Positions 31,728 through 40,571 of a stretch of DNA of 64,000 nucleotides are shown in pieces. A model generated the notes under the pieces. It saw only the letters and a list, made by a program, of their open reading frames with translations, did no database searches and had not been told where the DNA came from. The first letter of the stretch is position 1. The number at the start of each line of letters is the position of its first letter. This stretch comes from Nitrospinales bacterium (GTDB lineage Bacteria > Nitrospinota > Nitrospinia > Nitrospinales > VA-1): positions 1,152,001-1,216,000 of the forward strand of contig CBDCXL010000002.1 of NCBI GenBank assembly GCA_965223795.1, in the 5' to 3' direction. The translations under genes and the position numbers were made by a program.

Positions 31728-33671
31728 ATGGGATTTTTAAACAAACTTTCTCTGAAGCGAAAGCTGACCTGGATCATCATGCTGACATGCAGTTCGGCGC
31801 TGTTGATCGTCTGCTTTTCGTTCGCCATCTATGAAGTCGTCAAATTCAGATCCGACACCATACGCGAACTTTCATCTCTTGCCCAGGTCATCGAGAGCAA
31901 CAGCACCGCCCCTCTCGAATTCGGCGACCAGTCCGCCGGCATGGAAAATCTCCGGGCACTTCGCAGCCTCCCCAATATCATTGCTGCAAGAATTTTCGAC
32001 CGAAATGGGAATGCTTTTGCGACATACCATCATCCAGAGGCCGAAATCACAGAACTGCCTCTCGCGCCCAAAAATGATGGAGATCACTTCTCCGGGGATA
32101 TTCTTTCGCTGTACCATCCGATTCGATTCGACGGTCAAAGAGTGGGCACTCTTCTGATACAGTCTGACTTGCACAATCTCAACATCCGCTTGCGGCAATA
32201 CGCTTTGATTCTCGGCTTTGTGCTTCTTGCCTCGCTTTTGACGGCTTACTTCATGTCTGCGGCTTTGCAAAAAAGCGTCTCAAAGCCCATCCTCCATCTT
32301 GCCGAAGTGGCGGATCATGTGTCCACGCATAAAGACTACTCCACCCGAATCGAGAAAGTGAGCCAGGATGAAGTCGGGCATTTGATCGAGCGGTTCAATG
32401 AAATGCTGGTTCACATCCAGAACAGCGAGCAGGAACTTTATAAAGCTTACGGCGAACTGGAAAAACGCGTTTTTGAACGCACCCGTCAACTCAATGAGGC
32501 CAAGGAAGAAGCCGAGGATGCCAACCGTGCGAAATCGGAATTTCTGTCGCGCATAAGCCATGAGCTGCGCACGCCGATGAACGCCATCCTGGGATTCAGT
32601 CAACTCATGGAAATGGACATGGACGATCCCTTATCGGAAAGCCATCAAGAACGACTCAATGAAATCCTGAAAGCCGGAAACCACCTGCTCGAACTCATCA
32701 ACGAAGTGCTCGACCTTTCCCGCATCGAAGCCGGAAAGCTCACTCTCTCCATCGAGGATGTCGACGTCAAGAAAGTGCTCGAGGAAACCCTCACGCTCAT
32801 CCTGCCCATGGCGGAGAAAAAAGGCATCTCCGTCCAAAATAACATCGAAGACAATACGTTTGTCCGCGCCGACCACACCAAGTTCAAACAGGTGCTGTTG
32901 AACCTGCTTTCCAACGCAGTCAAATACAACGTCGAGAACGGAAGCGTGATTCTCAACATTGAAAACACCGGCGACGGGCGCGTTCGCATCTTTTTGAAAG
33001 ACACGGGCAACGGACTGACTCAGGAACAGCAGGACACCATCTTCGAGCCGTTCAACCGGCTCGATGCCGATCAAACCGAAATCGAGGGCACCGGCATCGG
33101 TCTCACCATCACCCGGCGCCTGATGGACCTCATGGATGGATCGATCGACATCACCAGCGCTCCAGGAAAAGGCAGCACCTTCACGCTCGAATTCAAAAAA
33201 GGGGAGGAGACCCCGCATTCCGAAACGTTGGCGGTGAGTCATTCAAACCGTGCGGAAACGGATTCGCCGCTGAAACAACACAAAGTGCTGTATGTGGAGG
33301 ACAACCCGGCCAACCTGGCTCTGGTCGAACAGTTGTTGAAGCCGCAAAAGAACATCGAGCTGCTCAAGGCACCCCAGGCGCAGATCGGCATCGACCTGGC
33401 GCGCGCGCATCGTCCCGATCTCATCCTCATGGATATCAACCTGCCGGAGATGGACGGCATCGAGGCCTTCAAACGCCTCCAGGCCCATGAAGAAACGCGC
33501 AACATCCCCGTCATCGCCGTCAGCGCCAATGCCATGGAATCCGATATCAAAAAGGCCCACGCCACGGGCTTTTGCGCATACATCACAAAACCGTTCGTTC
33601 TTAAAATCTTTCTCGATGAAGTGAACCGAATCTTGAATTTAACGGCCGCTGATGGCCAGATCAACTCGTGA
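31728..33671 (+). CDS. Hybrid histidine kinase with YfiN-like (CHASE8-type) periplasmic sensor, HAMP, HisKA-HATPase-REC
   Basis: SLKRKL..TM..NSTAPLEFGD..ENLRAL; HAMP (DYSTR..DEVGHLIERFNEML); FLSRISHELRTP; REC. Confidence 0.9.
   Translation: MGFLNKLSLKRKLTWIIMLTCSSALLIVCFSFAIYEVVKFRSDTIRELSSLAQVIESNSTAPLEFGDQSAGMENLRALRSLPNIIAARIFDRNGNAFATYHHPEAEITELPLAPKNDGDHFSGDILSLYHPIRFDGQRVGTLLIQSDLHNLNIRLRQYALILGFVLLASLLTAYFMSAALQKSVSKPILHLAEVADHVSTHKDYSTRIEKVSQDEVGHLIERFNEMLVHIQNSEQELYKAYGELEKRVFERTRQLNEAKEEAEDANRAKSEFLSRISHELRTPMNAILGFSQLMEMDMDDPLSESHQERLNEILKAGNHLLELINEVLDLSRIEAGKLTLSIEDVDVKKVLEETLTLILPMAEKKGISVQNNIEDNTFVRADHTKFKQVLLNLLSNAVKYNVENGSVILNIENTGDGRVRIFLKDTGNGLTQEQQDTIFEPFNRLDADQTEIEGTGIGLTITRRLMDLMDGSIDITSAPGKGSTFTLEFKKGEETPHSETLAVSHSNRAETDSPLKQHKVLYVEDNPANLALVEQLLKPQKNIELLKAPQAQIGIDLARAHRPDLILMDINLPEMDGIEAFKRLQAHEETRNIPVIAVSANAMESDIKKAHATGFCAYITKPFVLKIFLDEVNRILNLTAADGQINS
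32520..33597 (+). repeat. Copy 2 of ~1.08-kb direct repeat (kinase and REC coding)
   Basis: Near-identical to 27793-28870 except the HATPase-REC linker. Confidence 0.9.
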
Positions 33672-34241
33672 ATGGAGGACTTCATGATCAAGGAAAATCA
33701 GCTTTTAAACGCAAAGATTCTCATCATCGACGATGAGAGCGCCAATGTCATGCTGCTGGAGCAACTGCTCAAGCAAAAGGGATACACAAATTTCATCAGC
33801 ATCACCGATCCGCGCGAAGCCGTCAAAACCTACGAAAATTTTCTGCCGGACCTGGTGCTGCTGGACATGAACATGCCGCATAAAGACGGGCTGACGTTAT
33901 TGAAAGAGTTCAATGAGCTGGAAAAAGACAGCTACGCTCCCGTGATGATCCTGACCGCGCAGACCGATAACAAAATCCGCCTTCAGGCCCTGGAAGCGGG
34001 CACGCGGGACTTTCTGAGCAAACCGTTCGATCTTCTGGAAGTGGCGCTCCGCATCCGCAATATGATCGAAGTGCGCCTGCTCAACAATCAGGTGAAGATG
34101 TACAATGAAATCCTGGAAGGAAAAGTGCAGGAACGCAGTGTGGATCTGGCCGCCTCGCAGCTCAGGCTGGAACACGAAATCGCGGAGCGGCAAAAGATGA
34201 TGGAGGAACTCAAGCGCGCACCGGCGGCCTCCGGCGAGTGA
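33672..34241 (+). CDS. Response regulator (REC plus coiled-coil, no output domain)
   Basis: ILIIDDE, LVLLDMNMP, ILTA, FLSKPF; ends after LEGKVQERS..LEHEIAERQ. Confidence 0.88.
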   Translation: MEDFMIKENQLLNAKILIIDDESANVMLLEQLLKQKGYTNFISITDPREAVKTYENFLPDLVLLDMNMPHKDGLTLLKEFNELEKDSYAPVMILTAQTDNKIRLQALEAGTRDFLSKPFDLLEVALRIRNMIEVRLLNNQVKMYNEILEGKVQERSVDLAASQLRLEHEIAERQKMMEELKRAPAASGE

Positions 34242-34275
34242 CGCCGCCTTTGCGCGGCAACTCGGAGATACGGGC

Positions 34276-34476
34276 TCAATCTCTCAAGTCCAGGTACTTG
34301 GCGCCCTTATACTTGAGGCCTTCGAACTCGCGTTCGTTGACCAGCTTGTTGGGCACCCCCTGCTCGTCGAGATCTTTTTTAAACTCCAGGTACTCTTCGT
34401 TGGAGTTGAATTCCGCCACGGTTTGCGCGCCCTCCTTGTCTTCGAACTGCAAAAGAAAACGGAACCTTCTTTTCAT
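34276..34476 (-). CDS. Small hypothetical protein
   Basis: 66 aa, GGGAGAG RBS-like upstream, typical codon use. Confidence 0.65.
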   Translation of the reverse strand: MKRRFRFLLQFEDKEGAQTVAEFNSNEEYLEFKKDLDEQGVPNKLVNEREFEGLKYKGAKYLDLRD

Positions 34477-34512
34477 TGTGTTTCTCTCTCCCGTTGTTTG
34501 ACCGTCCCTGCC

Positions 34513-34992
34513 TCAAGGACGGTTTTCGTTGTTCGATCCGGTGTCGTACTTTTCATACAGCAGACGCAGCCGCCGCTGCGCGGTCCGGGTTTGCCGGTGG
34601 TCGCGCTTGACGCGGTACCAGCGCCGCGCCTGCAGCATGTGGTGGATCGCCTCGTCTCCTTGCCCCAATAGATCGAACGTGACCGCCAGGTTGAAGTGAG
34701 CCTGGGCGTAATCCGGTTTCAGCCGGATCGCTTCCCGGTAGGCGGCGATCTCTTCCTCATGCAGCCCCAGAGCCAGGTAGGACAACCCGAGTTTGAAATG
34801 CCCCTCGGCGTTCTCCGGATCGCGGCTCAATGCCTCCTTCTGCTTTTGGATGTCCTGCCGGATGCTTTGCCGGTATTGCTCGAACCCGCTGTCGGCGGCG
34901 AACACAGCCGCACCGTTGAGGGACAGAAACAACATCCATCCGCCAACAACGGCTCCACGGACAAAGGAATTCACTGCGCTCGGATCGTGCAC
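34513..34992 (-). CDS. TPR protein, probably exported
   Basis: AEGHFKLGLSYLALG..AYREAIRLKPDYAQAHFNLA; signal-like N-terminus. Confidence 0.85.
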   Translation of the reverse strand: MHDPSAVNSFVRGAVVGGWMLFLSLNGAAVFAADSGFEQYRQSIRQDIQKQKEALSRDPENAEGHFKLGLSYLALGLHEEEIAAYREAIRLKPDYAQAHFNLAVTFDLLGQGDEAIHHMLQARRWYRVKRDHRQTRTAQRRLRLLYEKYDTGSNNENRP

Positions 34993-35141
34993 GGAATCGT
35001 TTCGGCCGTCGCGGGCCGTAGCTTGCGTCTATAATAGATACATTGCAGGTGCTTCAGGATTCACAAATGAGCAGATTATCGCATAAAACCAGGGGCGGCA
35101 AGGCGCAGGCCGGGCCGCCTCTACTACTAAGGAGTGAGCGC

Positions 35142-36119
35142 GTGCGTTACAGAAAATGGGACGGCCTTTCGGTTTCGGAAATCGGATTGGGAACCTGGCA
35201 GCTGGGGGCGGACTGGGGCCGCGTGGACGACGCCACCGCCGAGGCCATTCTGCTTGAGGCGGTGGAACACGGCGTGAACTTTTTCGACACCGCCGACGTG
35301 TACGGCCGCGGGCTGTCGGAAACGCGTATCGCCCGCTTTCTGGACCGGCACCCGCAGCCAGTGACGGTGGCGACGAAGCTCGGCCGCTTCCCGGAACCGG
35401 GCGGCGAGGCCAACTGGTCGCTCGCGCGTTTCCGCGAGCACACCGAGCAGTCGCTGCGCCGCCTCAAGCGGGAATCGCTCGATCTGACCCAGGTCCACTG
35501 CCTGCCCACGGAGGTGCTGCGCCGGGGCGAGGTGTTCGAGTGGCTGCGCACGCTCCAGCGCGAAGGTAAGATCCAGCGGTTCGGGCTGAGCGTGGAATCG
35601 ATGGAAGAAGCGCATCTGTGTCTGGAGCAGGAAGGGGTGGCCTCGCTGCAAATCATTTTCAACCTGTTTAGGCAGAAGCCCGCCCGCGACCTGTTCGAGC
35701 ACGCGAAGGAAAAACAGGTGGCGCTGATCGTGCGGCTGCCGCTGGCCTCCGGCCTGCTCTCGGGGCGGTTCACGCTGGACACGGCGTTTCCGGACGACGA
35801 CCACCGCAACTACAACCGCGACGGGGCGCAGTTCAACGTCGGGGAGACGTTTGCCGGCCTGCCGTTCGCAGACGGCGTCCGGCTGGCCGACGCGCTGAAA
35901 GCGTGTGTGCCTGAAGCGATGACGCTTGAGCAGATGGCGCTGCGCTGGATTCTGGACTTCGACGCGGTGACGGTGGTGATTCCGGGAGCCACGCGGCCCG
36001 ATCAGGTGCGGAAAAACTGTTCCGTCAGCGATCTTGCACCGCTGTCCAGCGATCAGCACACGCGGCTCGAATCTTTTTATGCGGAAAACGTGGCGCCGCA
36101 CATCCGCGGCAAATACTGA
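35142..36119 (+). CDS. Aldo/keto reductase
   Basis: VSEIGLGTWQLG, FFDTADVYG, VATK, DLTQVH, IPGA; GTG start after AAGGAG. Confidence 0.93.
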   Translation: MRYRKWDGLSVSEIGLGTWQLGADWGRVDDATAEAILLEAVEHGVNFFDTADVYGRGLSETRIARFLDRHPQPVTVATKLGRFPEPGGEANWSLARFREHTEQSLRRLKRESLDLTQVHCLPTEVLRRGEVFEWLRTLQREGKIQRFGLSVESMEEAHLCLEQEGVASLQIIFNLFRQKPARDLFEHAKEKQVALIVRLPLASGLLSGRFTLDTAFPDDDHRNYNRDGAQFNVGETFAGLPFADGVRLADALKACVPEAMTLEQMALRWILDFDAVTVVIPGATRPDQVRKNCSVSDLAPLSSDQHTRLESFYAENVAPHIRGKY

Positions 36120-36120
36120 A

Positions 36121-36285
36121 CTATTTTCTGCCTTCGCGCTTGGCCTGGAAATGGTCCGCCACGGTCAGCAGGACTTTGACGATGCCGATGGTGATGAACA
36201 CGCCGAGCAGAAACTGCAAGAGCGGCGGCAGGCTGTCGATGAAATCGATGATGGTCTGAACGAATCCGTAGCGTATGGGGTCCAT
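36121..36285 (-). CDS. Small single-TM membrane protein (54 aa; not in ORF track)
   Basis: MDPIRYGFVQTIIDFIDSLPPLLQFLLGVFITIGIVKVLLTVADHFQAKREGRK; fills the gap downstream of the NHL gene. Confidence 0.6.
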   Translation of the reverse strand: MDPIRYGFVQTIIDFIDSLPPLLQFLLGVFITIGIVKVLLTVADHFQAKREGRK

Positions 36286-36337
36286 GGGCGAATTTTAACC
36301 AGGTTGAGTTATGGGTTGTCCTGTCCGGGTCCCGTTT

Positions 36338-37798
36338 TCATTGCAGAAAGATTTCGGTCTTTTGGCTGTCGAGGCCGATTTTCAGTATGCGGTGGTTGTT
36401 GGTGTCGGAGACGAACAAATGCCGTCCCACCTGGATCACTCCCGCGGGTTCCCACAACCGGGTGCAGCTTTTGTCTTCACAGATGAGGCCGGTCGAGGCC
36501 TCGACGGTGGCGACATTGCGGGTTTTGAGATCGAGGGTCTTGATCTTGTGGTTGTAGGAATCGGCGATGTGCAGAAGGCCGCCGGCGTAGTGCACTCCCA
36601 GCGGGTGCTGCAGCAGCGCCTGGGTGCCGGTGCCGTCGCGGTCGCCGAAATCGAACAGACCGGTTCCCACGTAGGTGGTGATGCTGCCTTTATCTCCAAG
36701 CTCGACGCTGCGGATGGCGCTGGTTTCGCTGTCCGCCAGAAACAGCTTGCCCTCACCGATGCTCAGGCCGCTCGGCTGCGCGAACGCTCCTTCGGCGCGG
36801 GCACCGTCCACCAGCGCTTCCGCGCCGGTTCCGGCAAACGGCCCGGCCATGCCCGACTCGATCTCGTAGATTCCGATCTGGTGGGTGCCCGCGTTGGCGA
36901 AGTAGAGCGCTCCGTTGTCGATCGAAACATCCCAGGGAGAACTGAGCGGCAGGTCTTTCGCCGGCCCGCGCTCTTTGAGCACGGGCCCCTGGCTGCCGGT
37001 GCCCGCAACGGTGGCGACGGTTTGTTTGACAAGATCCACTTTGCGCAGGCAGTGGTTTTCGGTGTCGGCCACCCACAGGATGCCATCGCGCAGGCAGAGG
37101 CCCTGCGGCCGGAAAAACGACGCCGCCTCAAAAGACCCGTCGTTCTTACCGATGGCGCCGGAACCGATGGTGCGGGTGACGCTGCCGCCGGCATCGAGCG
37201 TGAGGACGCGGTTGTGGTTCGCATCGGCGACGGCGAACTCGCCGGAATCCGGATCGTGCGCGATCTTGCCGGGAAAGCGCAGCGTCGTGTCCTCCCCTCC
37301 CGGCGCGGATTTTATCAGTGCCTCGGCGCCGCCCTGCAGCACGCCCTTCCCTTTCATCTCCTTGATCACCTCGCTCATCGAGGCCATCAGCATTTCCGGG
37401 TCGGGTTCTCCGGGAAGCTGGCCCAGGATGTAGCCGTCCGGGCCGATGAACACCAGGGTGGGCCAGGCGCGCACGGCGTACTGCTTCCAGATCGAAAACG
37501 CCTCGTCGTGCACCACGGGATGCACGATCTCGTAGCGCTCGATGGCGTGGATCAGGTTGGCGGTGACTTTTTCCCCCGGAAATTTCGGGCTGTGCACGCC
37601 AATCACCACGACGTCGTCGGGATAGGCTTCTTCGATCCGCTTGAGGGTCGGAACGATGTGGATGCAGTTGATGCAGCAGTAGGTCCAGAAATCCAGGATG
37701 ACGAGCTTGCCCGTCAGATCGGGCAGATCCAGCGGAGCGTGGACGTTGAACCAGGGCAGGTTCGCGGCCTGGAGTCTGGGGGCGCGGACGAGTTGCAT
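36338..37798 (-). CDS. Thioredoxin-like domain plus NHL beta-propeller protein (NHLRC2/SOQ1-like)
   Basis: LDFWTYCCINC, IGVHSPKF, AWPTL; NHL repeats (VADANHNR, VADTENH, LADSETS, IADSYNH). Confidence 0.92.
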   Translation of the reverse strand: MQLVRAPRLQAANLPWFNVHAPLDLPDLTGKLVILDFWTYCCINCIHIVPTLKRIEEAYPDDVVVIGVHSPKFPGEKVTANLIHAIERYEIVHPVVHDEAFSIWKQYAVRAWPTLVFIGPDGYILGQLPGEPDPEMLMASMSEVIKEMKGKGVLQGGAEALIKSAPGGEDTTLRFPGKIAHDPDSGEFAVADANHNRVLTLDAGGSVTRTIGSGAIGKNDGSFEAASFFRPQGLCLRDGILWVADTENHCLRKVDLVKQTVATVAGTGSQGPVLKERGPAKDLPLSSPWDVSIDNGALYFANAGTHQIGIYEIESGMAGPFAGTGAEALVDGARAEGAFAQPSGLSIGEGKLFLADSETSAIRSVELGDKGSITTYVGTGLFDFGDRDGTGTQALLQHPLGVHYAGGLLHIADSYNHKIKTLDLKTRNVATVEASTGLICEDKSCTRLWEPAGVIQVGRHLFVSDTNNHRILKIGLDSQKTEIFLQ

Positions 37799-37868
37799 GG
37801 GGGTTTCCGGTTGCGTTCTTTCCCGGATTGGAACACGTTCGGCTTTGCAAATCAAGCCCGCCGGTTGC

Positions 37869-38082
37869 GGCCGGGCTGCCGCCCGAAAAGAAGAGATTCG
37901 TCCCACTGGCGCGGAAGGCTGAGAGCGCAATACCAACCGTTCGCCGCGCCGGCCGGGCCACCGCCCGGAGGGAGATTCGTCCCACTGGCGCGGAAGGCCG
38001 GGAACGCAACACGAACCGTTCGCCGCGCCGGCCGGGCCACCGCCTATGAGGGGACGGCCCGACTCGACGGTTCGCCGCGCCG
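37869..38082 (+). repeat. Intergenic tandem repeat, 79-bp unit (two full copies plus partials)
   Basis: GAGATTCGTCCCACTGGCGCGGAAGGC at 37893 and 37972; AACCGTTCGCCGCGCCGGCCGGGCCACCGCC twice. Confidence 0.9.
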
Positions 38083-38114
38083 AATCGGTTTTTTGGCGGC
38101 TGGTGGCTGGGGGT

Positions 38115-38142
38115 TTGCTTCCCTTCTGGCATCCGGTATAAT
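38115..38142 (+). promoter_or_regulatory. Putative sigma70 promoter for the DUF1566/cytochrome c genes
   Basis: TTGCTT-N16-TATAAT upstream of ATG 38177. Confidence 0.5.
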
Positions 38143-38176
38143 CGATTTCGATCCTCCGGAAATTCATTCACGACTC

Positions 38177-38722
38177 ATGTTGAACTTTGACGCACCCATG
38201 AAAAATTCCAACCCCGGCGGAAACGCGCATCGGCTCCTCTGCATCCTGGCGTTTCTGTTGTTGACGATCGCGGGAGCCGACCTTTGTTTTGCCGATCCGT
38301 CCTTAAAAGGAAAATCCGATGTGGTGGTCGATGCGCAGACGGGACTGATGTGGCAGAAAGCCGATTCCTACCACGAATTGAAACAGGGGATGAACTGGTA
38401 CGAAGCGCTGGAATACATCGACAAAAAAAATGCGGAACAATTCGCCGGCTACAGCGACTGGCGGCTGCCCACCATGAAAGAGCTGTCGGAGCTTTGGAGC
38501 GAGGAGAAAGCCGTCAAAAGCAAGGATGGCGAGCCGCTGGGCCTGTCGGAGGCGTACGCCGGGGGCGGCAGCTATTACCTGTGGAGCGGCGACGAACGCG
38601 GTCTGGACAACGCCTGGTATTTCGGACTCGGCCAGAAAGAGGAATATTTCAATTTGAAGGACCTGGGGGATCTGGACCAGGGTGTCAAGATGGTCCGGGA
38701 TCCCAAGAAAGCGGGGGGATGA
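38177..38722 (+). CDS. DUF1566 (Lcl C-terminal-like) exported protein
   Basis: VVDAQTGLMWQK, NWYEA, FAGYSDWRLPTMKEL; signal peptide; start 38177 or 38198. Confidence 0.85.
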   Translation: MLNFDAPMKNSNPGGNAHRLLCILAFLLLTIAGADLCFADPSLKGKSDVVVDAQTGLMWQKADSYHELKQGMNWYEALEYIDKKNAEQFAGYSDWRLPTMKELSELWSEEKAVKSKDGEPLGLSEAYAGGGSYYLWSGDERGLDNAWYFGLGQKEEYFNLKDLGDLDQGVKMVRDPKKAGG

Positions 38723-38791
38723 CCCACAGCCGATGTGGTGAACCGTCTCCCCATTGATGATTTGTTTTCTGTTTCCTGATGAGGGAAAACC

Positions 38792-40558
38792 ATGATGAGG
38801 ATATTCGATCGAAGCGGCAGATTTTACGGCATCACCGCTGTTGCGGCGGTTTTTGTTCTGACAGTCCTTTTGCTTTTCCTGCCTTCGCAGGCGGTGTTCT
38901 CCGAAGACGAACACAAGGGCCACGACATGAGCGGCATGGACCACGGTGGCATGGACCACGGAGCTATGGATCATGGCGGCATGGATCACGGCGGCGCGGC
39001 GCAGCCGGGCGGGGAGTACCGGATCGACGAAGGCCACGGCGGCCATATGGATCACGGCGAGGAACCGGGCAATCCCTTCCGCACCCGCGGCGCACACGAC
39101 GCGCTGGGCACGTTCAAGCCGGACATGGAACCGGGCGCGCTGCTGGCGCGCGGCCGCAACATCTATCTGCATATGTGCGTGTTCTGCCACGGCCAGGACG
39201 GCAACGGCGGCGGCGCGGCGGTGGAATTCCTCTACCCCTGGCCGCGTGACTTCCGCAAGGGCATTTTCAAGTTCCGCTCGACGCCCACGGGCACGCTGCC
39301 CCAGGATGAAGACCTGTACCGCACGATCATCCGCGGCGTTCCGGGAACGTCGATGCCGGCCTGGGCGGATGCGGTGTCTCCGGAAGACACCTGGGCCCTC
39401 ATCAACCTGATCAAGAGCTTCTCGCCCAGGTTTCAAAACGAGCCCGCGGGCGAACCGGTGAAGGTCGGCGAACCGCCCAAGCCGACGCCGGAACTTCTGG
39501 CCAAGGGCAAGGACCTGTTCACGCGCAACAAATGTGTGGACTGCCACGGCGATTCCCTGAAGGGCGACGGCAAATTCGCCGATTCCCTGATGGATGCCTG
39601 GAAACATGCGGTGTTTGTTCACGACATCACCAATCCCAATTTCTTCAAAGGCGGCCACTCGGCCGAGGACATCTTCCGCACCATCTCCACGGGTCTCGAC
39701 GGCACACCGATGCGCTCCTACGCCGACCTTTCGGTGGAGGACCGCTGGGCGCTGGTGCACTACATCCGTTCGATGTTTTCCCGCGAATATCAAAAAGCGG
39801 AGTTCGAGACGGACATCTATTCCTACAAGGTGGATGTCGAGCTGGACACCGATGTGAACAGCCCGGTGTGGGAAGGTGTCAAGTCCACCAATCTGGTGTT
39901 GCGCCCGCTTTCAGCGCGCCGCGGCGCGGTTGAGGTCATCAATGTGTCCTCGGTGCACAACGGCGAGCAGATGGCGATCCGCCTGCGCTGGGAAGACCCG
40001 ACCCACGACGCGTTTTCGGAATTGAACTCGGACATCTTCCGCGACGGCGCCGCGGTGCAGTTCGCGCTCGGCGCGGTGACGCTGCACACGCACGGCCACA
40101 ACGAGCCGTTCTTCGGGATGGGCAACCGCAGTAAGCCGGTGAACATCTGGCACTGGAAAGCCGGGCTGGAGGAAACCCTCGCGGCGGAGGAAGAGCATGA
40201 GTACGCGGGCGGCGGCGTGGACATGGACGCGCTGATTTTTGGCGGCATCATGTCCAACCCGGTGTCCAAGCTCAACACCACGGCGGAGAACCCGGTCGAG
40301 GAACTGAACGCGGAAGGGTTCGGCACCGTCACGCCTCAGCCTCCGGAAAACCAGAATGTGGAAGGCGAAGGGGAATGGAAGGACGGCGCCTGGACGGTCG
40401 TGTTTTTGCGCGACACGGTGAAGACGGGCAAGTGGGACATCGATCTTCTGAAAAAAGAACCGACGCTCGTCGCGTTCGCGGTGTGGGACGGGCTGAATGA
40501 AGACCGCAACGGCCGCAAAGTGGTCAGTGTCTGGCAGCGGTTGAACCGGCTGGATTGA
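38792..40558 (+). CDS. Periplasmic dihaem c-type cytochrome with His/Met-rich N-terminus and C-terminal ethylbenzene-dehydrogenase-gamma-like (haem b) domain
   Basis: CVFCH and CVDCH; PRDFRKGIFKFRSTP; (MDHGG)x4; RLRWEDPT, DGAAVQF, FGMG, VNIWHWKA, AFAVWDG..RNGRK. Confidence 0.85.
   Translation: MMRIFDRSGRFYGITAVAAVFVLTVLLLFLPSQAVFSEDEHKGHDMSGMDHGGMDHGAMDHGGMDHGGAAQPGGEYRIDEGHGGHMDHGEEPGNPFRTRGAHDALGTFKPDMEPGALLARGRNIYLHMCVFCHGQDGNGGGAAVEFLYPWPRDFRKGIFKFRSTPTGTLPQDEDLYRTIIRGVPGTSMPAWADAVSPEDTWALINLIKSFSPRFQNEPAGEPVKVGEPPKPTPELLAKGKDLFTRNKCVDCHGDSLKGDGKFADSLMDAWKHAVFVHDITNPNFFKGGHSAEDIFRTISTGLDGTPMRSYADLSVEDRWALVHYIRSMFSREYQKAEFETDIYSYKVDVELDTDVNSPVWEGVKSTNLVLRPLSARRGAVEVINVSSVHNGEQMAIRLRWEDPTHDAFSELNSDIFRDGAAVQFALGAVTLHTHGHNEPFFGMGNRSKPVNIWHWKAGLEETLAAEEEHEYAGGGVDMDALIFGGIMSNPVSKLNTTAENPVEELNAEGFGTVTPQPPENQNVEGEGEWKDGAWTVVFLRDTVKTGKWDIDLLKKEPTLVAFAVWDGLNEDRNGRKVVSVWQRLNRLD
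38936..38995 (+). repeat. 4 x 15-bp coding repeat (MDHGG/MDHGA)
   Basis: ATGGACCACGGTGGC ATGGACCACGGAGCT ATGGATCATGGCGGC ATGGATCACGGCGGC. Confidence 0.9.
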
Positions 40559-40571
40559 CAGAGGTGGCGTT

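Noticed and set aside
36311..38176. 803-aa ORF as one protein, and the 609-aa N-terminal extension of the NHL gene
   Set aside because: These are an antisense shadow of the NHL gene plus read-through of the 79-bp repeat. The real genes start near 38177 (+) and 37798 (-).
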